Assembly (NCBI GenBank): GCA_052327205.1
Contig: CM126211.1
Coordinates: forward strand, 147,498,001-147,562,000
Direction: 5' to 3'
Length of the DNA stretch: 64,000 nucleotides
DNA from: Somniosus microcephalus
Lineage: Eukaryota
A program made the translations under genes and the position numbers. Shown here one piece after another: positions 60,701 through 64,000 of this stretch. Under the pieces are notes generated by a model, which was not told the origin of the DNA, did not search any database, and worked only from the letters and a program-made list of their open reading frames with translations. Position 1 is the stretch's first letter; every line of letters begins with the position of its first letter.

Positions 60701-61758
60701 TTTCTGCCATTGTATTTAACTGTTACTTGCATTTTTCCCTTCGGGTAAACTTTTTGTCCCGTATATGTTTTTAATTTGATTTCGGTATCCTTTAAGGGAA
60801 TGCGTTTGAACAGCCTGTTATAATCTTGTTCATTAATTACTGATAGGGCTGAACCCGTGTCCAGCTCCATATTAACTTCGACGCCTGCTACCTTCATTTT
60901 AACCCACATTGTGCTGTGGTCCTCCGTTTTGTCTACACCATATAACTTGAGACATCCCAGACCTTTAGGCTCTGCTTTTGTGCCTTCCTGTGACTCGTCT
61001 GAGCTACTGTCAGATATCTTATGTATTTTTCTCCTTGCCTTGGTACTGCTCGGATTGCCCCCACTATTGGGTTTCGTACCCGACCGACAAACTTTCGCTA
61101 TATGCCCCTTTTTCCCACACTGCCGGCATATTTTATCACGAAACCAACAATTACTTTGGTCGTGGGTGGTTTTGCCACAATGGTAGCATTTACCTTTGTG
61201 AAATGTCACCTCATGGGTGTCATAGCCGGTTGTATTTTGTCGTATTTGGGCAGCACCCTGTGCTGCTGCTTCATGTGCCAATGCTATTTCTATCGCCTGA
61301 TCTAGGCTGAGCTGTTTCTTGGCCAGCAACCGTTTTCGTGTACTCTCATTTAACATGCCACAGACAAATCTGTCTCTGATCGCTTCTGCCAAAAAGGCTC
61401 CAAACTGGCAATGTTTGGACAACCGTCTGAGCTCAGCCAAATAGGCTGCCTGCGACTCATCATTCCTTTGGTCGCGTCTGTAAAAGCGGTACCTTTCCAC
61501 TATAAATGGTGGCTTAGGGTTTAAATGTTCCTTTAACGTATCAACAATTTGGGCATACGTTTTGTCTGCTGGCTTTTCTGGAGTAAGAAGATTCCTCAGC
61601 AGACCGTATGTTTTTGCCCCCATAGAATTTAATAAGGTTGCTGCCTTTTCGTCATCTTTCACCTTGTTCACTATGCAATAAAGTTCATGCCTTTCTACAT
61701 ATGCGTCCCAATCTTCTATGTCGGCAACAAATTCTGACAACCGAGCTGCTTTAGCCAT
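57748..61758 (-). CDS. Single Gag-Pol polyprotein (1336 aa from ATG): gag, 2 CCHC knuckles, protease, RT, RNase H, integrase
   Basis: Uninterrupted ORF with LDTGS, YLDD, CDAS, HHCC zinc finger and DFAG..SDNG..AER. Confidence 0.95.
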   Translation of the reverse strand: MAKAARLSEFVADIEDWDAYVERHELYCIVNKVKDDEKAATLLNSMGAKTYGLLRNLLTPEKPADKTYAQIVDTLKEHLNPKPPFIVERYRFYRRDQRNDESQAAYLAELRRLSKHCQFGAFLAEAIRDRFVCGMLNESTRKRLLAKKQLSLDQAIEIALAHEAAAQGAAQIRQNTTGYDTHEVTFHKGKCYHCGKTTHDQSNCWFRDKICRQCGKKGHIAKVCRSGTKPNSGGNPSSTKARRKIHKISDSSSDESQEGTKAEPKGLGCLKLYGVDKTEDHSTMWVKMKVAGVEVNMELDTGSALSVINEQDYNRLFKRIPLKDTEIKLKTYTGQKVYPKGKMQVTVKYNGRKVPGLYLYVLPNGGPPLLGREWIRKIHFDWKSIHEIKVETTKDDTTITSRLSKLLAKTPEVFQQGLGTLKDIRAKITIAQDANPKFCKARPVPYAIRPAVEAELDALESAGVLTKIEWSEWATPIVPVIKKSANNTPGEPKKVRICGDFKITINPVLHTVQYPLPRIEDIFASLAGGRHFTKIDLCQAYLQMEVEQDSKKLLTINTHKGLYQYNCLVFGVASAPAIWQRTMEQVLQGIPGTQCYLDDILVTGQTDNDHLANLERVLLRLQQYGLRANNQKCEFFQERISYCGHIIDKEGLHKSPEKIKAVVKAPPPENVSQLRSFLGLINYYHKFLPNLSSILHPLNSLLQKGVSWNWDEACEAAFKKGKQLITSKEVLAHFDPKMPMRLACDASPYGIGAVLSHKFPNGTERPIAFASRSLTTAERNYAQIDREALSLVWGVKKFHHYLHGQRFTLLTDHQPLVSIFNPTKGVPLMTAQRLQRWSLFLGAHQYLIEYKGTKQHGNADGLSRLPLPAEIEEIVQDPVEIYHTAVMEHLPITSQCIERETQNDPTLARVYELTVKGWPAQGDASLPAFSARKDQLSVCRGTLMCGARVVVPQKLQHKVLRDLHKGHLGGVKMKSLARAYVWWPGIDRDIEEVAKACQGCQMVQNVPPQAPLHPWEWPSTPWQRIHVDFAGPFMDAMFLIVVDAHSKWPEVIKMSSTTAEKTVAAIRTIFARNGVPEQVCSDNGPQFVAEEFQAFLKRNGVRHYTSAPYHPATNGLAERFVQTFKKAIKAMGEERLPLQHKVDNFLFAYRNAAHTVTNQAPAVMFFNRRLRSRLELLRPNIRRDVENRVFRRAPDRQTRSFEVGQQVLARDYRNEKWRSGTIKARQGPLMYTVDTGDGIIKRHADQLVESRNPTDSLPQTSQHIVPAESQPSSSLQKSQDGEEFSTPVSSTAQDVPSDTDDSSDEVVTEVPPPTPRPTRERRYPSRDRRPPQRLNL

Positions 61759-61793
61759 TTTTAAAACTACTGAAGAGGTTTTCCCGCCTTTTT

Positions 61794-61919
61794 CCACTAG
61801 ATGGCGCTGTTATTTTTTTTTCTAAGAGAAAAACTTTCCCCCTTTTGTCCACTAGATGGCGCTGTTCATTTTAAACTGCTGAAGAGAAAAACTTTTCCCC
61901 TTTGTCCACTAGATGGCGC
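61794..61919 (+). promoter_or_regulatory. Three tandem CTCF-consensus motifs CCACTAGATGGCGC in the Gypsy D leader
   Basis: Exact copies at 61794, 61849 and 61906 inside a ~56-bp degenerate repeat. Confidence 0.6.
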
Positions 61920-63013
61920 TTTTCCCGCCTTTTCTCCCTCTGCTGTCAACGACGTCTCTCCAGGTTCGTTATTTTTTTTTCTTGCAGCTCCCGTTATTGC
62001 CACCGCCGCTATTACAACGACCTTCCCCTCTCGTGGCCCGCTAGTCCTCGTGGCTCCGTTTGTTCCCCAGATCGCCTGCCCGTTCTGGCCCTTGCAGCTC
62101 GCGTTCCCCGGGAAGGATTGCAGTTTACCTGACCCTGGGTGGACTTTTGCCCCGTGGCTGGAACGCCCGTTCAGCCTCTTCTCTCAGCTGCCGCAGCCTC
62201 CGCTGGAACCTCTCTCTCTCGCTCCGTTGCTGCCGCTCCTCCTGAACTGGGTGGCCTCCTTCGGCCGACGCTGGACTCTGCAGGCTGGTAAGAAGCTTCT
62301 CTCCCCGTACTGCTACCGATCCTTTGTTGCACCTTGTACTGGTGAGTTCGAACGTTCCTAGTCGCCAGTGTAAAGTATGCGCATATACTTGATACAAAAA
62401 GGAAGAGACAGCTTGGAAGGGTTTAACTTAGGTCTTTACTTCATACCCACAGGCGGGAACTGAGGGGAGATCAGTACCCGCAGTACTATTTATACCCCTA
62501 TGGCCAGGAGTGGTACTACGGTATCACTACGCCCTACAAAGTAGTGCTGCCCTGGCCATAGGGTTAAAGTAGCATACATATTACATACACAACACATTGG
62601 GATATTGCTATAAGTGGATTTGTCCAGATTTGGGGGTGAACAGCCAACAAATTTAATAACTGAGAACTAGACAGAAAAGGTCCAATTGCTGCATTTTTAA
62701 AGCATTCCATGCATAAGCAAGCAGGCCCATTTGCAGCCCAAGCACGTGTGAGGGTATCTGCCATCGCTCCAGCCACAGTGGATGACTGCCTTACACAAGC
62801 CCCACCATGTCATTGCCAATTGAGGAGGCTCCATGTACGAGTGGGTCTGGCCACATCAAAGTCTGCCTCCTGTCCAAAGCCATGCCCATTTCTGGTCTTG
62901 GACTGAACAAAAGGTAGCAGCCCTATGTAGATGATGATCCTGGCTACAGTACTCCAGTCCTGCTGAAATCTGACATCACCACAATCCAAAACTAATTTCC
63001 ATCCACACATTTA

Positions 63014-63731
63014 AGCCCTGATTTTAACCGGGAGCAGGAATCGGCCAGACCAGGTGGCAAGACAAGTGCCAAATCCCTCCTGACTTCGGCAATTTGAGGC
63101 CTGGGTGATTTTAACCCACAGGCCCCATCACATGCTGCCGGTTAGCTGCCCACCTAAAACGGTCGGGAAGCAGCAGTTGGCCGGCAAATGGGAGTGGATA
63201 TCAGGCAGCAGGAGGTCGCCGGCAAGAAGATAAGTCACTAGGAGGGGGTTTTGGGAGGGTCCTGTTGGAGGGAAGGGGGAAGCCTGTGGCTGGGGAGTCC
63301 TCATTGTAGCACTCCTGCCCCTCCTGGCCTCACAAGGAAAGTGTATAAATAAACGTACATGTCTGGACTTGTTCTGGCCCCAGATGCACCTCCGCTGTCT
63401 TCACCTGGAGGGAAAGTCAAAATGGCTTCCCCGCTAAGGCCACAGTTAAAATGGCACCAGGGGCCTGATGATGTCATCGGAATCCGATCTGCATATTTAA
63501 AGAAGGAACTCGCCGACTTCAGTTGGGTTTCCTTGTGCCTGCTCAACAGATCAGGTTAAAATTGAAGACGGCAGAAGGGCAAAAAGGGCAAAAATCAAAG
63601 CATGGTATATCCTGTGTTTCTGGCAAGCATCAGCAGATAAATCAGCCACCTGATTTTAACTGCTCGCCCGATTTTAACTGCTCGCCTGCCCGCCCAGTAG
63701 AAACTGGGCGGGTAGGGTTAAAATTGCCTCT
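63014..63731. mobile_element. MITE-like element
   Basis: AGCCCTGATTTTAACC ... GGTTAAAATTGCCTC imperfect TIRs; internal GATTTTAAC repeats; similar to 5700-6590. Confidence 0.45.
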
Positions 63732-64000
63732 TTAGTTAGCCTTTTTATTTAGATAGCTCAGAGAGCTTGCCTGGGAATTAAGTTGTTCTCCAATCTAACA
63801 GAAATAGTCAATCAAAATAATACTTGTTCAAGACCAGTGTGCAGTATAAACTACTGGCCCAGATTTAAGTCATCAGTTTGTAGTTGCAAGTAAACCACTA
63901 ATTTTTCTGTGGTTATCAGAATGAGTGATTTAGTTTTATTTATCTGTTGCTTGTTTTTATTTTGATTTTAAACTTCCCTTTACTTTTCCTCCTCTTTCAA

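Larger units (their letters stand above)
57379..62594 (-). mobile_element. Ty3/Gypsy element D, full length and intact
   Basis: 226-bp LTRs 57379-57604 and 62369-62594 appear identical; CATTG TSD; PBS TGGCGACTAG; PPT AAAAGGGGAGGAA. Confidence 0.97.

Noticed and set aside
63960-64000. Next NPAS2 exon
   Set aside because: Only a pyrimidine-rich tract is visible; the AG and coding sequence would lie beyond the window, so it cannot be confirmed.

Overview
Vertebrate genomic DNA, probably a cartilaginous fish (inferred from Deu-domain SINEs and shark-type CR1/HER1-like LINEs). The window lies inside the circadian bHLH-PAS gene NPAS2 (+ strand). Eleven internal coding exons are traceable with GT-AG sites and consistent phases, from PAS-A to the Clock-exon-19-like coiled-coil exon. 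The introns are heavily expanded by transposons. There are four PIF/Harbinger DNA transposons (H2 has both the transposase and the 3-exon Myb/SANT partner gene intact) plus several related MITEs. There are four Ty3/Gypsy LTR elements (D is intact with identical LTRs; A is a nest holding three younger insertions), a solo LTR, CR1/L2 LINEs, SINEs and an 18-bp minisatellite split by a Gypsy insertion. Highlights: (1) the Harbinger Myb-gene introns are far more conserved between copies than the flanking exons and carry a 54-bp tandem repeat; (2) the intact Harbinger offers an in-frame splice trap just upstream of the Delta19-like NPAS2 exon; (3) the intact Gypsy leader carries three tandem CTCF-consensus sites. 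All coordinates and counts were made by eye.
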